A DNA stretch of 64,000 nucleotides, taken from positions 5,355 to 69,354 of the forward strand of contig WQXQ01000001.1 of assembly GCA_009784775.1 (NCBI GenBank), read 5' to 3'. The first letter of the stretch is position 1. Every line of letters begins with the position of its first letter. Position numbers and translations under genes: made by a program. Under the pieces are notes generated by a model, which saw only the letters and a list, made by a program, of their open reading frames with translations, was not told where the DNA came from and made no database searches. Below, piece by piece: positions 39,454 through 48,488 of the stretch. The stretch comes from Treponema sp. Lineage in GTDB: Bacteria; Spirochaetota; Spirochaetia; Treponematales; Breznakiellaceae.

Positions 39454-40857
39454 GTGCATACATTACTGGCTGTTCTCATTCTGTTTTGCACCTCTTCGCT
39501 GCTTTGGGCTAATGAAGCAGTACTGACAGGAGAAGTAATGGCGGATGTACTGGTAAAGGAAGTATTGACAGGAGAAATACTGACAGGGAAGGTACAGGAC
39601 AAACCTCCTCAGAAATTACCGGAAGAGACACCGGCAAGAAAAATATTTCCTGTTAAAAACCGCACCGTAGAATGGAGTCTGATTAATCTGAATGTATATG
39701 CGTCCAATGATTCCTTTGCCGCCAAAAATTTTCTGCGGAATCCCTTTGATATGCTGATTAATAAAGAGATTTTTCGGGAGACGGTTTCCATTAATCTTAA
39801 TGATTTTTTAAGCGGTTTTAGGCTGGATCTTGGTACGGCGATTAAGCCTTTTTCGTTTAATTATAACCGGCAAGACAAATGGGGATTTGGTCTGGATATT
39901 GCCCATGTCGATATTATGGGAAATGTGTCGCTTTCGGGAAATATGTTGTCTCTCCATGAAACGGATGGGGATAAGTTCGGGGTTGGCGGCGCGGTTTTTA
40001 CCGATATCGGGATACCGGTTTTTTTTCACTACGATGATTTCAAGATTAAAATAAGGCCGGCGGTTTATTTGCCGATGATCTATACCGAACCAAATGTCAG
40101 CTACCGGCATATATCAGGCGCTGATCCCGAAACCGGCAGTCAATGGACAAGAATTGTAATGAACTATGATATGCGCGTTTATTCGATCTTTGATATACAG
40201 GGAATGGCAGACGGCGTCATAAGCGGCGATGCCTGGAATATTCTGGGTACCAATTTAGGTTATGATTTTGGATTGAATATTGAGTATCCCTGGGATGATT
40301 GGATTAATATAGGCGTGGATATTGTCAATATCCCGCTTGTAAAAGCAAAGCTGTATCATTGCGCGCGGTTTCAGGGGAGCGCATTTCTTGATACCAGTAA
40401 ATTTGATATTGTCGATTTAATGAACGGGGAAGACATTCCCGATGATGCGTACGGTTATACCGATTTTGATGACGATTCAATACAGTATTTTCAGGATTTG
40501 GACGGCAAAAAAATCTATCGTCCGTTTACCATGTTATTTTATGCCGATTGCCGCCCCTTTGACTCGGCGCCTTCTGTATCGCTCATCCCATCACTGGGTT
40601 TTTCCGTTAATCGTTTATACCCAAGGCCGGGCGCTGTTGAAGGCGGCTTGAGCGCTCGTTTGGATCTTTCCAATTTTTTTATTACCACTCTTGGCATTAA
40701 CTACAATGACCGCAAATGGAAAAACAGCATTGATTTTATTCTGAATCTTCGCGCTTTTGCAGTTGATTTTGGCATATCATTTCAATCGCCGGACTTTGTC
40801 AAAAGTTTTCAGGGAGCAGGACTGGGTGTTAATGTTGGCTTGAAATTTGGCTGGTAG
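39454..40857 (+). CDS. Predicted outer-membrane beta-barrel protein (DUF5723-like, from recollection)
   Basis: Signal ending LLWA, many amphipathic strands, C-terminus GLGVNVGLKFGW. Starts 2 nt after the upstream stop. Confidence 0.65.
   Translation: MHTLLAVLILFCTSSLLWANEAVLTGEVMADVLVKEVLTGEILTGKVQDKPPQKLPEETPARKIFPVKNRTVEWSLINLNVYASNDSFAAKNFLRNPFDMLINKEIFRETVSINLNDFLSGFRLDLGTAIKPFSFNYNRQDKWGFGLDIAHVDIMGNVSLSGNMLSLHETDGDKFGVGGAVFTDIGIPVFFHYDDFKIKIRPAVYLPMIYTEPNVSYRHISGADPETGSQWTRIVMNYDMRVYSIFDIQGMADGVISGDAWNILGTNLGYDFGLNIEYPWDDWINIGVDIVNIPLVKAKLYHCARFQGSAFLDTSKFDIVDLMNGEDIPDDAYGYTDFDDDSIQYFQDLDGKKIYRPFTMLFYADCRPFDSAPSVSLIPSLGFSVNRLYPRPGAVEGGLSARLDLSNFFITTLGINYNDRKWKNSIDFILNLRAFAVDFGISFQSPDFVKSFQGAGLGVNVGLKFGW
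39520..39591 (+). repeat. Degenerate 15-nt tandem repeat (GTACTGACAGGAGAA-like) encoding VLTGE repeats
   Basis: gtactgacaggagaa / gtaatggcggat / gtactggtaaaggaa / gtattgacaggagaa / atactgacagggaag. Confidence 0.7.
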
Positions 40858-40869
40858 TTTGCATGACTC

Positions 40870-41682
40870 CTATTGCCACAGCCGCAGTTCTGCACGGAAT
40901 GCGGCGGGGGATTCGGGCACTTGGCCTTTTTTTCCTTCAAAGGCAAAAGCGTTTGTCTCTGAAGAAGACTTGCCAATTTCCGCTGACCAGATATCGGTGA
41001 CTTCGCCGGGCAGCACTTCGTTCAGGTAGTTAATGTCCAGCCGCATACGCCGGGCCTGTTCCAGTAATGCGGGATCCAGCGTATCCTGAATCCAGCGTAT
41101 GTAACTTACATTGTTGACATGGCCGTTATAATCTACATCGGTGTACAGCGCCTGCCGTTCAGCTATTTTCTGTAAGGATGGCGCATTGTCAGCAATGCGG
41201 TATTCTTCAAGGCCAACGGCGGCAGACAGCGCATCCTGGCCTTCATTCAGGGGCAGGGAGTCCATGAGGGACTGCGGGCGCAGCGGGCGGCGTTTTTCCA
41301 TGTCAATGATAAGCCAGCAGCTGCGGGCCTGAATTACCGGATTGTCATTTAAATCGCGAATATCATAGTCGCGCAGGGCAAACAGCTTTTCCCCGCCCCG
41401 CGGCCAGGTTCGCACCGTAATGGTTTCGCCGTATTGGGGCCGCCGGTGTACCTCCACCGACATACGTGACAGTATCCACGCTTGATTGGTCCGGGCCATT
41501 GCCTCGCGGCCTACTCCCAGGTTTTCCGCATGGCTTATTGCCGCTTCCTGAAAAAAGTTGAGCGCCGCGTCCAAAGTCATCAAGTCCGATTTATCGATAG
41601 CGTCAAACCGCACAATACAGCTTTCCGACCAGATATCCAGGGGAGCACCGTGCATCAATGATGCAATGTCATGTTTTTCCAT
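40870..41682 (-). CDS. Acyl-ACP thioesterase (FatA/FatB-like double hotdog)
   Basis: FFQEAA...AWILSRM...TWPRG, DVDYNGHVNNVSYIRW. Confidence 0.92.
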   Translation of the reverse strand: MEKHDIASLMHGAPLDIWSESCIVRFDAIDKSDLMTLDAALNFFQEAAISHAENLGVGREAMARTNQAWILSRMSVEVHRRPQYGETITVRTWPRGGEKLFALRDYDIRDLNDNPVIQARSCWLIIDMEKRRPLRPQSLMDSLPLNEGQDALSAAVGLEEYRIADNAPSLQKIAERQALYTDVDYNGHVNNVSYIRWIQDTLDPALLEQARRMRLDINYLNEVLPGEVTDIWSAEIGKSSSETNAFAFEGKKGQVPESPAAFRAELRLWQ

Positions 41683-41761
41683 AGTCTTATATTGTTATAA
41701 AAAGGCCAAAATTGCAATATTGTATGTTGAACAAAAGTTGGATTTATGTCATTCTATAAGC

Positions 41762-42391
41762 ATGGCTTTGCACATAAATAGGGAAAAAACAAAAAAAACC
41801 ATAGACCTTATTCTTGACAAAATAAGGGAGGAATCAGATCAGGCGCTGCTTGCCGAGTACCACAGCCTTTTTACGAAGGAAGTTTCATTGTTTCACCGGT
41901 CTAAAGTCGCGGCCTATCTGCTGATGATGTATGATCAGGCGGCAGGCGTGCCGGGGAAAGACCTGCGTTCTGCCCTTGGCAGCCGCGCTCATGCGCCTGC
42001 TGCCGACACCAGAGGCAGAGATACTCAGGATAGCGCGTCAGATGGTCCGCCACGCAATCTGATACCTGAAGAAGAATCAAAACGGCTGTTTTTTAGCGTG
42101 GGCCGAAGCAGACGGGTTTTCCCCCGCGAGATTATCGGGCTTATCACCACAAAAACGACTGTTTCCAAGGAAGATATTGGCGCTATTCGTATTCTTGATA
42201 GTTACTCGTTTGTCCAGGTGCGGGACACGGTGGCGGAGCAGCTTATTGAATCACTGAACGGACTGAAGGTCCGGGGCAGGGCGCTTACGGTTAATTATGC
42301 CAAGTGGCGCAGAGATTCAGAGGATTCGGATGATGACGATATGTTTGACTCAGAGCAGAACCAGGATCATTCTGAGGAAGAAGATATTTAA
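41762..42391 (+). CDS. DbpA-type RNA-binding domain protein without a helicase core
   Basis: ATG 41762 chosen because 41558 overlaps the opposite gene. RLFFSVGRSRRVFPREIIG...IGAIRILDSYSFVQV...LNGLKVRGR. Confidence 0.8.
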   Translation: MALHINREKTKKTIDLILDKIREESDQALLAEYHSLFTKEVSLFHRSKVAAYLLMMYDQAAGVPGKDLRSALGSRAHAPAADTRGRDTQDSASDGPPRNLIPEEESKRLFFSVGRSRRVFPREIIGLITTKTTVSKEDIGAIRILDSYSFVQVRDTVAEQLIESLNGLKVRGRALTVNYAKWRRDSEDSDDDDMFDSEQNQDHSEEEDI

Positions 42392-43555
42392 CCCTATTCC
42401 CGCAATCAACAGAATCCAGGCCGCAAACTCCAATGCATATGCCTTGATCTGACAGTGCCGGGCAATCGTTTCCGGTTCGCCCGGAATAATCCCAAAAGTA
42501 GCAAACGCGTCTTTCGGCTGCGATGGCAGTTCCTCTCCAGGCTGTAATGCGCCAAAAATATACCACATCCGATGGCCTGATTTGGCCTTTCTGAATTCCG
42601 GCAGCAACAGCGGAATGGCGCCTTCCTGTGCCTGGGGCGGTAATTCGGCGCTGCGGATAAAACCATACCGTTCGCCGCTGGGAAGCAGGCAGCTTGAGTC
42701 TTTCAGCGGGTCCAGATACCGCAGCGGCAGCCGGGCAAGATCCCGGTAGGCCCGCAGTATTCTGGACATCCATGTCAGGCGGCGGTACACAACGGTAAAC
42801 AACAGCCCCGGCGGTATTGCCGGATAGAGCGGCACAAACAGCGCCATAATGGAAACAATTACCGTTAGGCGAAATGCAGGCCGGGAAAGAAACAATGCCG
42901 CTATGATAATTTGGCAAAGCGCGCCAATGATCAACGCATAGGGGGTAATGGCATTCCAGTATTCGCCGCGCTGCCTGCCTGCCCTGATTGTCTGTGTGGT
43001 AAGCGAGTGATCGGGGCCATCGTAAAAAATCACTATTAATGGATTCTCTTTGGTGGATACAAAACTCCAACGCCCGTTCTGGCAGACTAACAGGCCCCCG
43101 ACAAAAACTCTTGCTCCTACGGTGAGCGCGGAAACTCTCTCCCATCGGATTTTTTCCGGGGCCTCATCGCTTGGATCAACCGGTATGGTTTCTCCGGAAG
43201 GTATGCTTTTCTGTATTGGCAGCAAATATGTTTCGGCATTTTGCAGAGAAACGGGAACCGTAAGGTCTTCGCTGCGTATCCACAGGGTTTGTCCGTCTGT
43301 TATCGATTCAAAGCCGCCGACAAATCGAAACGTTTTTGCCTTCTCGCTATTGCTGTCCGGCGTTTGCTGGCAATAGCAGCTATAATCCAGAATGGGACTA
43401 AGACGGAGTTCATCAAAACGCTTCCTGAACGTATGCCACTTATAGCGTTTGATCAGGCCGCCAATCATTGGTATTAATCCGTACCAAAGGACCACCATGC
43501 TGATGATCACTAGAAAATCAATTATTCTCAGGGTATTATACCTCCATGGATACAA
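42350..43555 (-). CDS. Hypothetical membrane protein (start uncertain)
   Basis: 401-aa ORF with N-terminal, central and C-terminal hydrophobic helices. Overlaps both neighbours slightly. Confidence 0.6.
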   Translation of the reverse strand: MYPWRYNTLRIIDFLVIISMVVLWYGLIPMIGGLIKRYKWHTFRKRFDELRLSPILDYSCYCQQTPDSNSEKAKTFRFVGGFESITDGQTLWIRSEDLTVPVSLQNAETYLLPIQKSIPSGETIPVDPSDEAPEKIRWERVSALTVGARVFVGGLLVCQNGRWSFVSTKENPLIVIFYDGPDHSLTTQTIRAGRQRGEYWNAITPYALIIGALCQIIIAALFLSRPAFRLTVIVSIMALFVPLYPAIPPGLLFTVVYRRLTWMSRILRAYRDLARLPLRYLDPLKDSSCLLPSGERYGFIRSAELPPQAQEGAIPLLLPEFRKAKSGHRMWYIFGALQPGEELPSQPKDAFATFGIIPGEPETIARHCQIKAYALEFAAWILLIAGIGLNIFFLRMILVLL

Positions 43556-44232
43556 TATATAATATCACAGTTGGCGCCATTGCTACCAATTGCTGGGTAT
43601 ATCCCCTGAACGAAGACCGTGCAGAGGCGGGTTCCGGTTTTTCTCCCTGTGCAGTCATAGACCCCGGAGAGGAAGGCAGTCGTATCATTTCCTGTCTGGA
43701 TCAACATAAACTGTACCCCAAGTATATTCTACTCACTCACGGGCATTTTGACCATATCGCTGCAGTGCCGGCCCTTGTTGCGGAATACCGTAAACGGCAG
43801 ATAGCCGCGCCCATAGTTGCCATTCATGCGGCAGATGCCGAATATCTGGGCCCGGATTCTTATGCGGTTCACTGCCGCAGCGCCAGGGCTGCAATGGGGA
43901 GTTCGGCATTTATTGATGCGCTGTGGGAGGATATGCCGACAACCATGCCGGCGCCGGACAGAATCCTTGCGGAAGGAGACACGATAGGTCCTTTTACCAT
44001 ATTGCATCTGCCCGGCCACACCCCCGGCAGCATTGGCATATTGGATGCAAAAACAGGGGTTTTGTTCACCGGGGATACTCTTTTTTGCGATGGGTATGGC
44101 CGCACCGATCTTCCCGGCGGCAGCGGGTCGCAGCTTGTTGCCAGTCTCAAGCGCCTTTTTGCCCTGGACAGCACTACACAGATATACCCCGGCCATGGCC
44201 CTGCGGATATATTGCCCAATTCTTTTATTTAG
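43546..44232 (+). CDS. MBL-fold metallo-hydrolase (glyoxalase II-like)
   Basis: THGHFDH, LPGHTPGS, FTGDTLF, GRTDLPGG, IYPGHG. Confidence 0.93.
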   Translation: MDTIYNITVGAIATNCWVYPLNEDRAEAGSGFSPCAVIDPGEEGSRIISCLDQHKLYPKYILLTHGHFDHIAAVPALVAEYRKRQIAAPIVAIHAADAEYLGPDSYAVHCRSARAAMGSSAFIDALWEDMPTTMPAPDRILAEGDTIGPFTILHLPGHTPGSIGILDAKTGVLFTGDTLFCDGYGRTDLPGGSGSQLVASLKRLFALDSTTQIYPGHGPADILPNSFI

Positions 44233-44246
44233 TCTATAATCAGGCT

Positions 44247-45023
44247 ATGAGTGAAACCGCCAACAATGCAGACCTTGTAGGAAAAAAGATATTTTTTCTG
44301 CATCCTACGGTTGTAGTCCAGAATCGGATTATCACGGAACTTGTGCAGCAGGAATATGAAGTATACGTTGCCAAAAACAAAGATTCCATCAAAAAGGTGC
44401 TGAGAAAATACCCCGATTCTATTCTTTTCATAGATATTAACGAACATATGCCCGAAAAAGAGTGGGATCTTTGGATTACTGCGGTTATGGAGGCCTCGGA
44501 TACCAAAAGCGCTTCCATTGGCATTATTACCGCCAATGAGGATGAGCAGATTAAGCGCAAATACCTTCTGGTGACAAAAGTACCGTGCGGTTATACCATA
44601 TTGCGGTTTGATCTGGAAAAAGCCATAACCCACATCATGGCGGTTCTGCACAATGTGAATGCAAAAGGCCGCCGAAAGTATATTCGCGCAACCACCGAAC
44701 ATGAGACCAATACCACCATGAATATGCCCTGGCATGGCAATTTTATTAACGGTCATATAAAGGACATCAGTGTTGTAGGCATTTCCTGTACGCTTGATTC
44801 CAACCCGGATATACCCAAAAATACCCTGTGCAAGGATATTCAGATCAAACTCCAGAGCTCATTGCTTAAGGTAGAAGGTATTGTGTTGGGTTCCCGTAAA
44901 TCAGGTCTGGACACCGTATATGTCATTCTCTTTACCCAGCGCATCGATCCGGAAGTCCGTATAAAAATCCGTAAATATATTCAGCATAATTTGCAAAGCA
45001 AAATGGAATTCGATTTACGGTAG
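44247..45023 (+). CDS. PilZ domain protein (putative c-di-GMP effector)
   Basis: ATG 44247. RRKYIR (RxxxR) and DISVVG (DxSxxG) in the C-terminal domain. Confidence 0.8.
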   Translation: MSETANNADLVGKKIFFLHPTVVVQNRIITELVQQEYEVYVAKNKDSIKKVLRKYPDSILFIDINEHMPEKEWDLWITAVMEASDTKSASIGIITANEDEQIKRKYLLVTKVPCGYTILRFDLEKAITHIMAVLHNVNAKGRRKYIRATTEHETNTTMNMPWHGNFINGHIKDISVVGISCTLDSNPDIPKNTLCKDIQIKLQSSLLKVEGIVLGSRKSGLDTVYVILFTQRIDPEVRIKIRKYIQHNLQSKMEFDLR

Positions 45024-45290
45024 ACCAAATACCTTGATCCCCTCGCCGGGAAATTTTTCTTTCACCGATGCCACCGCCCGCTGAATGGCGCGCGCTTCTT
45101 CTTCCTCGCACCAGATTATCAGGGCGAAATTTTCCTCCGGCCATACAGCGTCACCCATGCGGGGGCCGGTGCTGCCGACCCCAAAAATGCTGGGGTATTT
45201 GGTGTAATACTTGCCAACGTCTGCTTTTGCAAGCGCTTCCAGAATATTTTCCTCAACGGAATGATTGGCGATTATTTCAATACGTATCAT
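45015..45290 (-). CDS. Small PII-like (PG0541-type) transporter-associated protein
   Basis: IEIIANHSVEE...GVGSTGPRMGDAVWPEENF. ATGA-coupled to the RND permease. Confidence 0.75.
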   Translation of the reverse strand: MIRIEIIANHSVEENILEALAKADVGKYYTKYPSIFGVGSTGPRMGDAVWPEENFALIIWCEEEEARAIQRAVASVKEKFPGEGIKVFGLP

Positions 45291-48200
45291 TTTCCAGCCT
45301 CCGTATTATTTTTTATGCGGCCGCCCTGGCCTGCCGCAATCCGTTCACGCCGCGCTTCTGCTTTTGCTTTGCGCAGATCGGAACGTTTATTTATTATTGC
45401 GTAAATCGTCGGCATAAGGAAGAGTGTCATTAAGGTGCCGAATGAGAGCCCTCCCAACACGGTTTTGCTTATGGGCGCCACCAGTTCCGAGCCTTCACCG
45501 GGGAAAAAAGCCATTGGTACCAGCGCAAAGAGGGTGGTAACCGTTGTCATCAGAATGGGACGAAGCCTGTTGCCTGCCGCTTCCACGCAGGCTTCGTGCA
45601 GGGCCATTCCCCGTTTGCGCAGCAGATTGATATAGTCTACAAGCACGATTCCGTTATTCGTCATAATCCCGATAAGGACCAATAATCCTACCAGAGTAAG
45701 CGCGTTGAAAGGTTCATTGGTCATAAGATAGATCAGAACGATACCGATAAAAGAAAGCGGTATGGTAAATATGATGATAAATGGATCTCTGAACGATTCG
45801 AATAAACTTGCCATGGTTCCAAAGTTAAGAAATATAGCCATAACGCAGATAAGCACAAAGCGGGTTAGTAATTTTACCATTTCAGAGTTGGCGCCGCCAT
45901 ATTCAATGAGCACATCATCTTCAACGGGAATTTCCGCTTTCATAAGGGATTCTACCCTTGATTGCAGCGTGTTTATTCTGGCTCCCGGCTTTGCGCTTGC
46001 GGTTACATGAATAACGCGGCTTTGGTTTTCGCGGCGAATGGTAAGCGGTCCGGTGCCTTCTTCGTAATGGACAAAACTTGACAGCGGAATTCGGCCTGCA
46101 ATTTGGCTGTTGATAAAAATGTGATCAAGAGACGGTCTTGTGCTGCGATCTTCTTCCGTGAGAATCAGCAGTACATCGTAGTCTTTGCCGCCCGATTTAT
46201 ATCTGGTAGCGATAACGCCGTCTACCGCAGCCTTAATCTCATTGCCTACGGTGAAGGCATTCAGGCCAAGAGCATACATTTTTTCCCTGTCCAGTATAAT
46301 TTCTATCTGGGGCAGTCCGTCTTTCAGATCCACCTGCGGCTCGGTTACATCGTCAATCCTGTCTTTCAGCAGGGCGGCAATTTTTTCGGCAAGCGCTTTG
46401 CCTTTAACCAGATCATCGGTACGAAGCACAATGTCAACTGCGTTGCCGCCGCCCATCATGTTCATGCCGCTGCCAAAATTGAAAGACACTCCGGGAAAAC
46501 TGTCAAAGTGTTTCCTTAAAATATCCTTGATTTCATCCGAGTCTTCAATGCGATCCGCATATTGGGGAAGTTGTATTTGCAAAGATCCGGAATTGCTGCC
46601 GCCGCCCAATCCAAATATAGGGCCGCCGCCGCCTGCGTTGACAATCAGGCTTTCATAACCTTTGACTTCATTTTTAACGATAATCTCAAGTTGTTTTAAG
46701 ACGGCTTCGGTTTCGTGCAGAGGTGTGCCCATGGGAAGCGTTGCAGTAACGCTTACACTGTCTTCTTTTTGCGGGGGCATGAAAACCCAGCCAACTACCG
46801 GAACCAGAAAAATGCTTACTGCCAGCAAAGCCGTAAGGAAAATAATGAGAACAGCCTTACGCCTGAGTACTTTATCTACTGCGCGGCGGTACTTGTTTTC
46901 CAGCCAAATAAAGAAACGTTCAAATACCGCGTCAATTTTTGCCAGTGTGCCCGTAAGGGGTTTTTGTTTACGGGTAACCAGAGGGAAATACCGGCTGGTA
47001 AGAACCGGCACCAGAAAGAGCGCAGTAACCAAAGAGATTGCCAACGAAATGACAACGGTAAAGGCAAGACCAGAGAACATTTCTCCCGCCATTTCCAATA
47101 AACCCTGAAACATTACCAGCGGCGCAAAAACGCATAACGTGGAGAGGGTAGAAGCGGTAATTGCCATGGTCATTTCCTGGGTGCCGATTATCGAAGCGGT
47201 AGTCAGCTTTGCGCCTTTTTCCCGGTAGTGATAAATTTTTTCCAGAATAATGATGGAGTTATCAATTAACATACCAATTCCCAAAACGAGTCCTGCCATG
47301 GTCATAAGATTAAGGGTAAGCCCCGCAAAGTACATGAGCATTAGGGTAATGATGATGGAAACCGGAATACTGATACCGATTATTATGGTCGGTTTGAATG
47401 AACGAAGAAACAGAAACAGCACAAATACTGCAAGAAATGCGCCCCACATGGCAGAAGATGTTACCTGATTAAGTGAATTTTCGATTATATCGGTTGTGTT
47501 AAAAAGTTCTTTTATTTTGATGTCCGGCGGCAGTTCTTTGGTCATGCGATCCAGCCTGGCACGAAGATCTTTTGCAGCCTGCACTGAGTTTTTGCCGCTT
47601 TGCTTTTGAACGATCATCGTTACGGCAGGTTGTCCGTTTACATATACGGCGCTGGTTTCATCGCGGAAACCTTCGAACACATCGGCAATATCGCGCAAAT
47701 AAATTTGCCGGGGCATCTCTATTTGGGTGCCGGTAAATCCGCCGCCTTTGTAGGAAATGACCGTGTCCCTAATCTGTTCCAGCGAAGTATATTCACCCAT
47801 GGTGGTAAGAATGTAGGACAGATCATTTTCGGTGATGGTTCCTGCGGCAATCTGCATATTCTGGATAGCCAGCATTTGTTGAATTTGCGTGACCGTAAGG
47901 CCATAGGCTTCAAGCCGGTTCTGCGGAATTTCCACCCGGATAATTTTTTCCCGTCCGCCGTTTACCGAAGCGGTAGCGATACCCGGCGTCTGCTCGATCC
48001 GCGGGATGATGGTATCTTCGGCCATTTCACGCAGTTCTTCGGGCGTTCGGTTTCCGGTAATCATCAAACCAACAATGGGAATCATGGATGGATCAAATTT
48101 GAAGATCATCGGCGCGTCTGCATTCGCGGGCATATAGTTTCTAATTCTGTCCAGAGCGTCGCGGACAGACAGGGACGCTTCGGCCAGATCTGAGCCGTAG

Positions 48201-48487
48201 GTAAACTGCATGATTACCATGCTGGTGCCTGATGATGATGTTGACGTCACTTTTTCAAGATTGGATACGCCAGACAGGGTCGCTTCCAGCAGCCGCGAAA
48301 CAGAACGTTCGACTTCTTCGGGACCAGCGCCGCGATAACTGGTATACACCACAAGATACGGAGGGTTAATCTCGGGATACAGATCCACCGGTAAATTAAC
48401 CAGCGCAAAAATACCAAGCCCCATGAGAAGGAAAAAAACAATTAAAACGGTAGTTGGCCTTGATACAACGGTTTTGGCAAGACTCAT
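45287..48487 (-). CDS. RND efflux permease (AcrB/AcrD/AcrF family)
   Basis: LPVDLYPEINPP, GAGPEEVE, GMLIDNSIIILE, RLRPILMTT. 1066 aa. Confidence 0.95.
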   Translation of the reverse strand: MSLAKTVVSRPTTVLIVFFLLMGLGIFALVNLPVDLYPEINPPYLVVYTSYRGAGPEEVERSVSRLLEATLSGVSNLEKVTSTSSSGTSMVIMQFTYGSDLAEASLSVRDALDRIRNYMPANADAPMIFKFDPSMIPIVGLMITGNRTPEELREMAEDTIIPRIEQTPGIATASVNGGREKIIRVEIPQNRLEAYGLTVTQIQQMLAIQNMQIAAGTITENDLSYILTTMGEYTSLEQIRDTVISYKGGGFTGTQIEMPRQIYLRDIADVFEGFRDETSAVYVNGQPAVTMIVQKQSGKNSVQAAKDLRARLDRMTKELPPDIKIKELFNTTDIIENSLNQVTSSAMWGAFLAVFVLFLFLRSFKPTIIIGISIPVSIIITLMLMYFAGLTLNLMTMAGLVLGIGMLIDNSIIILEKIYHYREKGAKLTTASIIGTQEMTMAITASTLSTLCVFAPLVMFQGLLEMAGEMFSGLAFTVVISLAISLVTALFLVPVLTSRYFPLVTRKQKPLTGTLAKIDAVFERFFIWLENKYRRAVDKVLRRKAVLIIFLTALLAVSIFLVPVVGWVFMPPQKEDSVSVTATLPMGTPLHETEAVLKQLEIIVKNEVKGYESLIVNAGGGGPIFGLGGGSNSGSLQIQLPQYADRIEDSDEIKDILRKHFDSFPGVSFNFGSGMNMMGGGNAVDIVLRTDDLVKGKALAEKIAALLKDRIDDVTEPQVDLKDGLPQIEIILDREKMYALGLNAFTVGNEIKAAVDGVIATRYKSGGKDYDVLLILTEEDRSTRPSLDHIFINSQIAGRIPLSSFVHYEEGTGPLTIRRENQSRVIHVTASAKPGARINTLQSRVESLMKAEIPVEDDVLIEYGGANSEMVKLLTRFVLICVMAIFLNFGTMASLFESFRDPFIIIFTIPLSFIGIVLIYLMTNEPFNALTLVGLLVLIGIMTNNGIVLVDYINLLRKRGMALHEACVEAAGNRLRPILMTTVTTLFALVPMAFFPGEGSELVAPISKTVLGGLSFGTLMTLFLMPTIYAIINKRSDLRKAKAEARRERIAAGQGGRIKNNTEAGK

Positions 48488-48488
48488 G

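Noticed and set aside
43923-44246. 108-aa N-terminal extension of the PilZ protein overlapping the MBL hydrolase
   Set aside because: It is an out-of-frame overlap with a confident gene. ATG 44247 with a TATAAT 6 nt upstream is the better start.
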